The position numbers and the translations under genes were made by a program. A stretch of DNA of 64,000 bases from Candidatus Iainarchaeum sp. (GTDB lineage: Archaea; Iainarchaeota; Iainarchaeia; Iainarchaeales; UBA10219): assembly GCA_018304425.1 (NCBI GenBank), contig JAGVWE010000002.1, positions 256,001 to 320,000 on the forward strand, read 5' to 3'. This document shows positions 36,722-45,711 of the stretch, piece after piece (position 1 is the first letter of the stretch; the number at the start of each line of letters is the position of its first letter). Below the pieces are notes generated by a model, which saw only the letters and a program-made list of their open reading frames with translations, made no database searches and was not told the origin of the DNA.

Positions 36722-38680
36722 GTGAAAGTACCGGTCGCCGGCCTGCTCGTCTTCGCCCTTGTTTTCCTCGGCATCTTTTCCTACGCCCAAAACCCAGACC
36801 AAGGGGAAGGAAATGAATTCGACCATGGCTTCGAGAACGATTTCTCCGAAGGCCTCCCGCAAGCCAGCGCGGCCGACCAAGACTATGTGGCGCGGGCGAG
36901 CCTCACTTCCGCCATGGCCAGCGCGTACACGTGGATTGGCGACAATGCAACTGAATTTGTCGCGGGCTGCAGGGGAGAAAGGCAGTCGCTGGTTTCCCGG
37001 CTCGCCGGCGTGATAAAGCAATCGGGTGAGGCGTCCACCGCATGCGCGTTGCTCAAGTCAGAGGCAGACGCCTGCACGCCTTCAACCTATTGCCCGGCCC
37101 TGGGCAAGGGAAAAATGCCTTTCCCATCCCACATGAAGTCGCAGTTTGAGAAGGCCGGCATCAATGTTTCCGAGCTTTCACTGGACCAAATCAATGCCGC
37201 GATGATGGAAAAAGTCTGCGCCGCCCGGTTCAAGTCCGAAATCGACAAACAGAAAGAGAAGCAGGAAGAGATGAGGCAGAAGGTAAAGGAAAAGCTCTCC
37301 GAGTTCCGGCAAAAATGCGAGGGATTCAAGAAGCGGCGGGCAGAACAGGAAAACCGTGGGTTTGAGGATTTCCGTTTCCCTGAGTTGCCTGACTTCGGGC
37401 CCCCGGGGCAAGGCCAACCCCATAGGGACGGGTGTTCTTCGCCTCCCCCTCGGTGCCCCGGCGACGCGCGCTCCTGGTGCAAGAATGACCGATGGGAGTG
37501 CGAGCCCGCTCCACCACAGCATCCACAAGAACAACAGGCTTGGCAGCAGCCGCGGCCACCCATGGAGCCCCAGCCGCGGAGGGAACCCGTGCCACCCCAG
37601 GAGACCCATGAGCCTTCGGAGCCGGAGGAAGCGGATGCTGAACCACAGGAAACAGAGGATGAGCCAAGCCCGGAGCCCGCCGAAGAGCCGGAGCCAACCG
37701 AGCCGGCGGAGGCCGCGGCCCAGCGTGTGCTGGCTGGCGTTTTCCCGATTACCGGGTTTGTCACCGGGGTTGAAGAACCCCCACAGCCCTACCCACAAGA
37801 ACAGGCAAGCGGCACTGCTCCTTACCCACCCAACCCGCCCTACGGGCAATATGAGGGCGGCCAACCCGGCCAAGGCTATGGCAGCCAACCATATCCTCAA
37901 CCTCAACCGCCTTACCGGCCTGAAAACCGGCCAGGCGGGGGCGGTGGAGGCTATAGACAAGAAGGGCAACCCTCCCAACAAGGCCCCCCATATGGGGGCA
38001 GCAACCAGGGCGGGCAAGGCTATGGCTCTCCCGGGCCAGGACCCTCGCCAGAGCAATTGTGTGACATGAGCGACGACGAAATCCTGGACGCCATGATGTC
38101 GCAGACGCCCTTTGACGGGATGGAACAGCAGGGCAGCCGGTGCAAGGAAGAAGCCACCAGAATCGTGCAAGACCTGGCCAGCGTCAAACTCCGGCTTGCG
38201 GAATGCAAGGCCCGGGCCGCCGTCATGTGCGCAGCCAAAAAGGAGGCGGCCAGCGAGTGCCAGTCCAGCGTGCAGGACCCGGAAAAAATTGCTTCAAGAA
38301 TCATTTCCCAAATGTGCCAGAAATCCGGCGTGCTGCGGGCCGAAAAAGTTGCCACCCCGGCGTTCCAGGACGTGGTCACCCAGTTCTATGACCGCGACCC
38401 GGCGCTTGCCAACCAACTAGGGGACGCAGTTGAGGAGACGCAAAGCGACCAGCAGCGCCTCGGCATCCTCAGCAAGCTCTTCGGCGACGGGGACTACGCC
38501 CAAAGAATCCGGGGCCGCGCTGAAAGCCTGGCCGCCATCCGGGCGAAGCTCGCAGCCGACGAAAACATCGACCCCAAAATCCTTGACGCCCTGGACGAGC
38601 AAGTCAAGCAACTCAACGGCGAGGCCGACCAGTTCGCCAACATCCTGAACATGGCAAGGCTCGGAAAACTTTTCGGGTAA
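36722..38680 (+). CDS. Large secreted Cys-rich protein with P/E/Q/G low-complexity linkers
   Basis: Signal peptide, many cysteines, PE- and GQPY-rich tracts. Confidence 0.8.
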   Translation: MKVPVAGLLVFALVFLGIFSYAQNPDQGEGNEFDHGFENDFSEGLPQASAADQDYVARASLTSAMASAYTWIGDNATEFVAGCRGERQSLVSRLAGVIKQSGEASTACALLKSEADACTPSTYCPALGKGKMPFPSHMKSQFEKAGINVSELSLDQINAAMMEKVCAARFKSEIDKQKEKQEEMRQKVKEKLSEFRQKCEGFKKRRAEQENRGFEDFRFPELPDFGPPGQGQPHRDGCSSPPPRCPGDARSWCKNDRWECEPAPPQHPQEQQAWQQPRPPMEPQPRREPVPPQETHEPSEPEEADAEPQETEDEPSPEPAEEPEPTEPAEAAAQRVLAGVFPITGFVTGVEEPPQPYPQEQASGTAPYPPNPPYGQYEGGQPGQGYGSQPYPQPQPPYRPENRPGGGGGGYRQEGQPSQQGPPYGGSNQGGQGYGSPGPGPSPEQLCDMSDDEILDAMMSQTPFDGMEQQGSRCKEEATRIVQDLASVKLRLAECKARAAVMCAAKKEAASECQSSVQDPEKIASRIISQMCQKSGVLRAEKVATPAFQDVVTQFYDRDPALANQLGDAVEETQSDQQRLGILSKLFGDGDYAQRIRGRAESLAAIRAKLAADENIDPKILDALDEQVKQLNGEADQFANILNMARLGKLFG

Positions 38681-38722
38681 AACCGCGCGCCGTTTAAAAG
38701 CCTTTAGGCGTTTGGTGCGTGT

Positions 38723-39007
38723 ATGCCCGGCCGTTGGACCCTGCCCGAAATCAGTGCCTTGTTGCGGCGCAAGAAGCAGGTCGCGGAAATGGGTTCCAGC
38801 GAAGTCAACCGCGAACTCTTGAACGCGGGGTACTCGAATGCGCCCATGCGGGAGCGGCTTTCCACGATTGAACGCAAGCGCGTGCTCTTGGCGAAGACCG
38901 TGCTGGCCCCAGCCGAGTTCACGGAATTGGTGAACGCGTTAAGCGATGAAAGGACGTTCTCCGTGGCCCGCAAGAAACTAGGCGAAGACTTTGCCGAACA
39001 ATGCTAG
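38723..39007 (+). CDS. Hypothetical protein
   Basis: ATG about 30 nt after TTTAAAAG. Confidence 0.6.
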   Translation: MPGRWTLPEISALLRRKKQVAEMGSSEVNRELLNAGYSNAPMRERLSTIERKRVLLAKTVLAPAEFTELVNALSDERTFSVARKKLGEDFAEQC

Positions 39008-39636
39008 GGAAGGAACGCGTCCAAGAGCTTTTTTACGTCCGGCATGATTTCCCGGAGCGGGCGGCAGGCGTCAAGGACCTGGATGTTCTCGCCGGGAAAG
39101 AATCCAGGCATGCGCTGGAAGACTCCCCGGATTTCTTCCTGGAAGTCCACGCGCTCGAATTTCTCCAGGTAGGCGCGGCGCTTGTCGGCCTGCATGCGCT
39201 CCAAGGCAATGGAGGCCGGGACGTCCAGGATAAGGGCGAGGCCTGGCACCGGGAGGCCCTTGTGCAGGTCCACGATTTCCTGCACGGGAATGCCTTGCGC
39301 GGACTGGTAAGCAAGGGTAGCATACTTGTAGCGGTCGCATACCACGATTTTTCCGGCGACGAGGGCAGGCAACAACTCCTTTTTGACGTGCTCCCGGCGG
39401 TCCCTCACGTACAAGTCCAAGAACTTGCGGGCATTCGCTTTGGGATCGGTTTCCGCCTTCAAGAGTTCCCGGATTTCGTGGCCGAACAAGCCATCGGTTG
39501 GCTCGGCGGTCAACAGCAACCGGTTCTTGTCAAGGCCCTTTTCTAACAGGTAGTCCGCGATGTGAAACAAGAGGCTCGACTTGCCGCTGCCATCGATGCC
39601 GTCGACGACGATGAACTTTCCCTTCGGCGAAAGCAT
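39004..39636 (-). CDS. tmk: Thymidylate kinase
   Basis: DGIDGSGKS, EPT, CDRY, AYQ. Confidence 0.95.
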   Translation of the reverse strand: MLSPKGKFIVVDGIDGSGKSSLLFHIADYLLEKGLDKNRLLLTAEPTDGLFGHEIRELLKAETDPKANARKFLDLYVRDRREHVKKELLPALVAGKIVVCDRYKYATLAYQSAQGIPVQEIVDLHKGLPVPGLALILDVPASIALERMQADKRRAYLEKFERVDFQEEIRGVFQRMPGFFPGENIQVLDACRPLREIMPDVKKLLDAFLP

Positions 39637-39681
39637 GACGAAAGCATGGGACAAAAGGAATTTAAGCCCAAGGCCAGGGGA

Positions 39682-40803
39682 CTACTTTTCCTCGTCGGCT
39701 TCGTCGTCCAGGCCCGCGAAGTCGAGTTCCTCGACGTCAATGGGCTCGGATTCTTCTTCCCTGGCTTCCACAGCCGGTTTTTTCCTGGGCTTGGCTTCCA
39801 AGGACGGGTCTTCCTCCTCTTCGGCCAAGTCACGGAGGCTGCTGGCGCCTTTGGCTGGCTTTGGCCCTGGCTTGTAAGACTGCCACGCCGGCTGGGCGGC
39901 CGCGGCCTCGAGCTGGCTAAACGAAGCAACCCGGTCACCGGCTCCACCGGACAGGTTGGCGTAGAGCCTCACGAAACCAAACGAGAACAAGACCGTGGCC
40001 AGCGGCGAAAACAAGAACAAGAACAAGGAAAAGGCGATGAAAAACGAGAGCATGGCGCCGACGAAGGGCAGGACGGAAAGCAATTGCACGGGCAAGCCCA
40101 TGGAAGCCGCTGCCGCGTCCAGGCTGCCGGAAAACATGCTGCCAGCCGCCACGCCGACGAGGAAGGCCAGGACCCCGCTGACCAAGAACAAGAACAGCAT
40201 CACCGCAACCAACAACACCAGGAAGTTGAAGAACACGCGCCAAAACTTTCCCATGGTAAGCCGCCAGGACTCCCGCGTGGAGTCAAACAAGCCCAGTCCC
40301 CTGGAAAGCAAGGCCATGGCCGAAAAAGACAACCGCAACATGTTGTAGAAGACCACCAAATAATAGAGCATCAAGAGGATGCCAACCCAGGAAAAGACCT
40401 CCATGAAGCCCAACGGGTTCTGGGCAGCGGAGACAAAGCCATAGCCGAGCTCCAGCACCAGGAAGAGAATGAAGAGGCCCAGCCACTTGAGGTTGTACCC
40501 GGAGAACAAGGCAATCAAGCCCGAAAGCAGGTACACCGCGAACAACTTGAAGACGCCCAGCAAACCAAAGGGCGGCGGAGAAAAGCCCACCCGGCGCAAG
40601 GCATGCAAGGCCAGCCGGGCAATCACGTAATACTGGACGAACCCCAAGAGCAGGGGCGCCACCAACAAGGCCACGGGACTGGAAGCCAACAAGAATGGCA
40701 CGACCATGCCCGCAAACGACAACCCCAAGAGCGCCAAGGCAAAGGCATACGCCTTCAAGTCCTTCAACGCGGAAAAAGCAAACGAAACCACTCCCTCGCC
40801 CAT
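39682..40803 (-). CDS. Multi-pass membrane protein with acidic tail
   Basis: Many TM helices; SWRLTMGKFWR motif. Confidence 0.75.
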   Translation of the reverse strand: MGEGVVSFAFSALKDLKAYAFALALLGLSFAGMVVPFLLASSPVALLVAPLLLGFVQYYVIARLALHALRRVGFSPPPFGLLGVFKLFAVYLLSGLIALFSGYNLKWLGLFILFLVLELGYGFVSAAQNPLGFMEVFSWVGILLMLYYLVVFYNMLRLSFSAMALLSRGLGLFDSTRESWRLTMGKFWRVFFNFLVLLVAVMLFLFLVSGVLAFLVGVAAGSMFSGSLDAAAASMGLPVQLLSVLPFVGAMLSFFIAFSLFLFLFSPLATVLFSFGFVRLYANLSGGAGDRVASFSQLEAAAAQPAWQSYKPGPKPAKGASSLRDLAEEEEDPSLEAKPRKKPAVEAREEESEPIDVEELDFAGLDDEADEEK

Positions 40804-40868
40804 GGACAAACCAAGTAGAGTAGAGCAAACGGGTATTTAAGGAAAACGGGTGAAAAGGGTTTTAAACG

Positions 40869-41037
40869 GCAACCGTGGCGTATTGGTAGCGTTCGAGCCT
40901 TCCACAACCTTTTTACAAAAGGTTGGCGAAAAAGGCCTATACTTCGTATAGGCCATCCTTTTTGCTGACACAAAAAGGGGCCTTCTGGATTGGGTTGAAG
41001 CGAGCTCGAGGGCCGGGTTCGATTCCCGGCGGTTGCA
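40869..41037 (+). tRNA. tRNA-Gly(TCC) with 98-nt intron (40905-41002) at position 37/38
   Basis: Acceptor GCAACCG/CGGTTGC; BHB with central helix CTTC/GAAG and bulges CAC and CGA; TTTAAGG box at 40836. Confidence 0.92.
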
Positions 41038-41039
41038 TT

Positions 41040-41143
41040 CAGCCTTTTTACAAAAGGCTGGCAAAAAGGTGTCCTGCTGTGCAGGACACTGCCGGTCGAA
41101 GGTGCCGGCTGCCCACCATACGTCGTCCCGTCTTCGACGGGAC
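41040..41143. repeat. Hairpin cluster downstream of tRNA-Gly(TCC)
   Basis: 41040-41069 repeats intron 40905-40935 with a compensatory change; further perfect hairpins at 41069-41089 and 41125-41143. Confidence 0.8.
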
Positions 41144-41170
41144 ATAAATATTCAATGCGGGGAACCGGAT

Positions 41171-41506
41171 ATGGACACCATCGAATACGCGGATTTCAAG
41201 AAGCTGCAGATGCGCGTCGGCAAGGTGCTGGAAGTCGAGCGCGTGCCCAACACTGACAAGCTCTACAAGCTGCAGGTGGACGTCGGGTTCGAGAAGCCCC
41301 TGCAAATCGTTTCCAGCCTGGTGCCCTATTACTCGGCTGAGGAACTGATGGGGAAGCGCATTATCGTGCTCGTCAACCTCAAGCCCACCAAGTTCGCGGG
41401 CCAGGAAAGCAACGGCATGCTATTGTGCGCGGAGAGCGCGGACGCGAGCCAGTGCACGCTGTTGACGACGGAGAAGGAGATGGAGGCGGGTACGGAAGTA
41501 TGCTGA
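41171..41506 (+). CDS. tRNA-binding OB-fold protein (Trbp111/CsaA/MetRS C-terminal type)
   Basis: DKLYKLQVDVG, NLKP, SNGMLL. Confidence 0.92.
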   Translation: MDTIEYADFKKLQMRVGKVLEVERVPNTDKLYKLQVDVGFEKPLQIVSSLVPYYSAEELMGKRIIVLVNLKPTKFAGQESNGMLLCAESADASQCTLLTTEKEMEAGTEVC

Positions 41507-41858
41507 ACTCGCGCGGCCAGGTGAAGGGCATGAAAGACCAGTGCCTTGTCACCGTGGCCTCGGTTTCCTGAACCCCTGACTCACGCGCTTTGGCTTTGAA
41601 TGTGGGAGCGGTTTTTCCCCCGCCAGATAATTTGCCACCCCATTCAAGGCGAATTGTGCCAAGACATCGAGGTCCCTTGAATTGAGGCCCTGCATGGAGA
41701 ACCTGGTGCAGACGACCAATAAATAGTTAACCCCCCTTCTCGGCCAAAAGGCTCATGGTCGCGTGCGAAGCCGGCACGCGTGTTGGCAGCGCGGGCGTGG
41801 TATTCATTTCCATGTGGTACACACCTATTTTTAAACGTTTTTGAATACCACCTATTTC

Positions 41859-42797
41859 ATGGTTTACCTGATTAAGGCGAATCGGGGCGCGAAGACCTAT
41901 TATTACCTGGCAGAAAACGCCCGGGTCGGCAGGGGCCGCCGAAAGCTGCTGAAGAAATACCTGGGCAGTGCCAAACCCGGCGCGAAACAACTGGCGGCGC
42001 TCACCGACCAGTTCCAAGCCGAAATCGAGGTTAAAAAGCACGCGCTGACCGGCTACCACTACCTGCTGCCCGACGAGATAAAGCACATCGACAAAACCAA
42101 CAACGGCTTCCTTGAACGATACCGGCAGCTCAACCCCACCGAACGCGAACAATTCGACCAGAACTTTGTCAACGTGTTCGTCTACAATTCGAATTCCATC
42201 GCAGGCAGCACCTTGACGGCCAGGGAAGTCAGGCTGCTGCTCGAAGAAAACATCGCGCCCAACAAGGACTTGGAAGACGTGTTGGAAGCCAGGAACGCGC
42301 AGAAGACGCTGGCCCTCGTCAAGGCGACGAAGACGCCATTTGACCTTGGCCTGCTCTGCCAGTTGCACGAAACGTACTTCAAGGACACGAAGCCCTTCAT
42401 TGCCGGCAAGCTCAAGACCAAAGACAACTTCGTGCGAGGCGCACGGTTCCAAACCACCAAACCGGCATACATCCTAACCGACCTCAAACTGTATTTCAGC
42501 GATTACGCGCGGCTGGCCAAGGAACTGCACCCCCTGGAGCTTGCGGCCTGGGCTCATTGGAAGTTCGAGAAAATCCATCCCTTCCAGGACGGCAATGGCC
42601 GAATTGGTCGGCTGGTCATGAACTACGTGCTGTTCAGGCACGGCTACCAGATGATTGACATCAAGACCAGGGAAAAACAGCGCTACTTCAAGGCGCTGGC
42701 GGCCTGCGACCGCAACAACGCCGGGGAACCCCTGGCCAGGCTGCTCGTCAAGCGGTTCACGGCCCAATACCTGCATGCATTGAAGGAAGGGAAATGA
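41859..42797 (+). CDS. Fic family protein
   Basis: HPFQDGNGRIGR. Confidence 0.95.
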   Translation: MVYLIKANRGAKTYYYLAENARVGRGRRKLLKKYLGSAKPGAKQLAALTDQFQAEIEVKKHALTGYHYLLPDEIKHIDKTNNGFLERYRQLNPTEREQFDQNFVNVFVYNSNSIAGSTLTAREVRLLLEENIAPNKDLEDVLEARNAQKTLALVKATKTPFDLGLLCQLHETYFKDTKPFIAGKLKTKDNFVRGARFQTTKPAYILTDLKLYFSDYARLAKELHPLELAAWAHWKFEKIHPFQDGNGRIGRLVMNYVLFRHGYQMIDIKTREKQRYFKALAACDRNNAGEPLARLLVKRFTAQYLHALKEGK

Positions 42798-42798
42798 G

Positions 42799-43284
42799 AT
42801 GGGCGCACGCGAAGCCGAACAGGTGCAGGCCTACTTGAAGGGGCTGGGCATGGAGTTTCGGGTGGTGACGCACGAGGCGGTATACACCTCGGAGGCCGCG
42901 GCCAAGGCGCGGGGCCTGGAGTTGAAGCAAGGCGTCAAGGCCATGGTGTTGAAGGACGAGAATGGGAAAGTCGTGCTGGGCTTGATTGCCGCGGACAAAC
43001 GCATCGACTTGAAGAAACTGGCGGCCGTGGCCGGCACGGGAAGATTGAGTCTGGCGAAGCCGGATGAGGTGCTGAAGCACACCGGCTGCGAGGTCGGGAG
43101 CGTGCACCCCTTCGGCAACCTGCACAAGCTGCCGACCTACCTCGACGAGTCGGTCAAGGAAAACGAAACCGTTGACTTCAACATCGGCTTGCACACGCAC
43201 AGCGTCATCATGACGGCCAAGGACTTCGTGGACGCCGTGAAACCGGTGGAAGGAAGGTTTTCGGCTGGAGCAAGAAAGGCTTAA
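42799..43284 (+). CDS. YbaK/ProXp-type aminoacyl-tRNA editing protein
   Basis: VKAMVL and GSVHPFG motifs. Confidence 0.9.
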   Translation: MGAREAEQVQAYLKGLGMEFRVVTHEAVYTSEAAAKARGLELKQGVKAMVLKDENGKVVLGLIAADKRIDLKKLAAVAGTGRLSLAKPDEVLKHTGCEVGSVHPFGNLHKLPTYLDESVKENETVDFNIGLHTHSVIMTAKDFVDAVKPVEGRFSAGARKA

Positions 43285-43311
43285 ATATAAGTATAGACAC
43301 GTATATACTTT

Positions 43312-44118
43312 ATGCAGACCTTGCAGGCAGCTGAAATCCTGGAGAAAAAGGCGGTCGGGTTCGGCAATGGCGCCATTGTGTACGTGCCGAAGCGCTGGGC
43401 TGGTAAAACCGTGCTAGTGGCGGCACAGGAGCCTCCCCAGGCATTTGAACGGGAAGCATTGAAAATCCTGGAGCCATTCCTTGGAAGCGTGCAAGGCCTT
43501 TACTTGTTCGGCAGCCGCGCCCGTGGTGAGGCTCGAGCAGACTCTGATGCTGACTTCCTCGTCCTAACCGACAAACCCTTCAACCCAGGCAAACACGCTG
43601 GTTTCGAGTTCCTTGTCCTGAGCCCCGCACAAATCGAGCAAGAAATGGCGGGTGCACGCGGTGTGTTCCTCCGCCAGGCCCTGGACGAAGCCAAGCCCGG
43701 GCTCAATGCGCGCTTGCTTGAAGAGCTCAGGCGCGCGGCTGGAACGCCCGACTACCACGCCCTCCTGGATGACACGCTGGCCGCGTTCAAGCAGGTGAAG
43801 GAACTGCTGGACGCGGACCGAAGAAGGGGCGTGAAAGAAGTCCGGGGCGGGGCCTGCGTGTACTCGCTCGTGCTCAGGGCCAAGGCACTGTACGCGGCCC
43901 GCTGCCAGCTGCGGAAAAAGTCGTTCACGCTGCAGGGCCTGCGTCAGGACCTTTACGGCCAGGGCCTGGCCAGGGAAACCGTGGAGCGGCTGCTGGAAGC
44001 CCATCGCGCCGAACGCGACGAAAGGCGCGGCAAACCCAGTATACGGTTGGTGGAACTGAACGCGCTATTTGAAGCGGTGAAGGCAGCCTTCCTTGAAACC
44101 GAGGCGATGCTTGGGTGA
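43312..44118 (+). CDS. DUF2080/AbrB-like domain fused to a minimal nucleotidyltransferase
   Basis: FGNGAIVYVPK, then FGSRARG...SDAD. Confidence 0.85.
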   Translation: MQTLQAAEILEKKAVGFGNGAIVYVPKRWAGKTVLVAAQEPPQAFEREALKILEPFLGSVQGLYLFGSRARGEARADSDADFLVLTDKPFNPGKHAGFEFLVLSPAQIEQEMAGARGVFLRQALDEAKPGLNARLLEELRRAAGTPDYHALLDDTLAAFKQVKELLDADRRRGVKEVRGGACVYSLVLRAKALYAARCQLRKKSFTLQGLRQDLYGQGLARETVERLLEAHRAERDERRGKPSIRLVELNALFEAVKAAFLETEAMLG

Positions 44119-44282
44119 GCGACAAAAAGAAGTACCGGAAAGGCATCGCTTCCCTTGACCGCCGCATCGCCGAGCACCGCGAAAAACAGTGCACGACGCG
44201 CAACCCGAAACTGTTCCATTACTGGGAAAAGGAAATCGAGAAATTCAAGCGGGAGAAAAGGAAGAAGGCAAAGTGGCTGTAA
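44115..44282 (+). CDS. 55-aa basic helical protein
   Basis: GTGA overlap with the upstream stop; ...HYWEKEIEKFKREK... Confidence 0.7.
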   Translation: MSDKKKYRKGIASLDRRIAEHREKQCTTRNPKLFHYWEKEIEKFKREKRKKAKWL

Positions 44283-44419
44283 AGCCGGACGGCAAAGGCT
44301 TAAATTCCGGCTGACCCTTATTCTGTAATGCCAAAACCCAGCGGCCCGCGGTGGACCTTGCACAAGAGCAAGCGGGTGGAAGTAAGGCACCATGGGCACC
44401 TGGGCGGAGGGGACTAAGC

Positions 44420-44701
44420 TTGCGCGAACGCCAGAAGAACCGGGTCGAAGCCCTGGCCCTTGAACGGATTTACCGCTTGTTCGAGTTGGCCGAAGCCGAG
44501 GCGAAGCCGGAGCGCGCGAAACGGTATGTCGAGTTGGCGCGGAAGATAAGCGCGCGCAACAAGGCCCGCATCCCCCCCGAGCTGAAGAAACGGTTCTGCA
44601 AGAAGTGCAACTCAATGAACGTGCAGGTAGCTGCGACGAAGCTCGGCTGGCGCACGGTAAAATGCGGGGACTGTGGGGCGGAAAGGAAGGCGGGAAAGTA
44701 A
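44420..44701 (+). CDS. rnp4: RNase P protein Rpp21
   Basis: ALERIYRL, RYVELA, FCKKC...CGDCG; TTG start after GGAGG. Confidence 0.9.
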   Translation: MRERQKNRVEALALERIYRLFELAEAEAKPERAKRYVELARKISARNKARIPPELKKRFCKKCNSMNVQVAATKLGWRTVKCGDCGAERKAGK

Positions 44702-44722
44702 AGGAGGCCGAAGGCATCATGG

Positions 44723-45208
44723 ATGACGAAGGCTGAACGCAAAGACTGGCACTCACTCAAGCGCTACATATGGTATGGTGCCCCAAGCAAAGAGGGCAAA
44801 GCGGCCCAGGCTTCCGCGGTGCGCAAGACCGTGGCAAAGCTGCCGCCGGATGAGTTGGCGGAGTTCGCGGAACTCGAAGCGCAGAAGGCCGATGCCTTTC
44901 TCCAAGAATGGACGCGGGTGTATGCCAACCCATTGAGAGGGCGCCGACATCAACCCCACCGGCCCATACAGGAATTCATCAGTGCCATGCGGCGTGTGGG
45001 GGCTTTGGCGGCACTGATAGGCAACCGGCATTCGCAAGCCCCTGGCATCAACACGCGGATGCAGAAGGTAGTGGCCAGGAGCAAGGAAGCCCGGCTGGCG
45101 CGGCCCCCGTTGCACATGGTGCGGATGGCCCGGGAACTGTTCGGTTTGCGGCGTGGTCTTGGCAGGATTATTCGAAAAGGGGTTCAACGGCTCCGGCGGA
45201 AGCCCTGA
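44723..45208 (+). CDS. Arg-rich orphan protein
   Basis: 161-aa ORF filling the intergenic space. Confidence 0.5.
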   Translation: MTKAERKDWHSLKRYIWYGAPSKEGKAAQASAVRKTVAKLPPDELAEFAELEAQKADAFLQEWTRVYANPLRGRRHQPHRPIQEFISAMRRVGALAALIGNRHSQAPGINTRMQKVVARSKEARLARPPLHMVRMARELFGLRRGLGRIIRKGVQRLRRKP

Positions 45209-45268
45209 ATTTTCCCGAGCCAGGCAAAACCATAAATAGGGGAAAACGCGCATTAGGTATGGAGTCAA

Positions 45269-45562
45269 ATGGGCAAGCAACCGGGTTGGGTAAGAACAGC
45301 ATTCAATGAATACGTCAATGCCTGGGCGAAACGGCAGGGCGGCTTTAAGCTGGGGGCCGACAAAGGCAAGCGCTTGGTGGTCCCGGATGCGGCCACCCGG
45401 GAACGGCTGTGGAATGATTTCAGGCAAACTATGCTGCCTTCCTTGCGACGCTTGCGGAAAACGGCTGGGCGGCGGGTGGCTGCGGGAAACCGGCCTGGAC
45501 GCGGGACGCCAGGTCGGCCGCTTGGGGTTCGGACCGGGCACCGGAACGTCCACGCGAAGTGA
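45269..45562 (+). CDS. Arg-rich orphan protein
   Basis: 97-aa ORF with upstream ATAAATA box. Confidence 0.45.
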   Translation: MGKQPGWVRTAFNEYVNAWAKRQGGFKLGADKGKRLVVPDAATRERLWNDFRQTMLPSLRRLRKTAGRRVAAGNRPGRGTPGRPLGVRTGHRNVHAK

Positions 45563-45711
45563 AGTCCAGGCCACGGCAAACCTTTTTAAACCGTTGCCAA
45601 GGGAATTGGGTATAACCTGTTTCTTTGCTCCCCCGCAGGGGGGTTGAGCAGGGAAGGGCCCCGAGAGGGGACGAGAATTAGGGTTTAATCGGGATTTGAT
45701 GGTGACCATGG

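Noticed and set aside
44327-44419. GC-rich stretch before rpp21 as a tRNA or ncRNA
   Set aside because: No cloverleaf, T-loop or convincing long helices.
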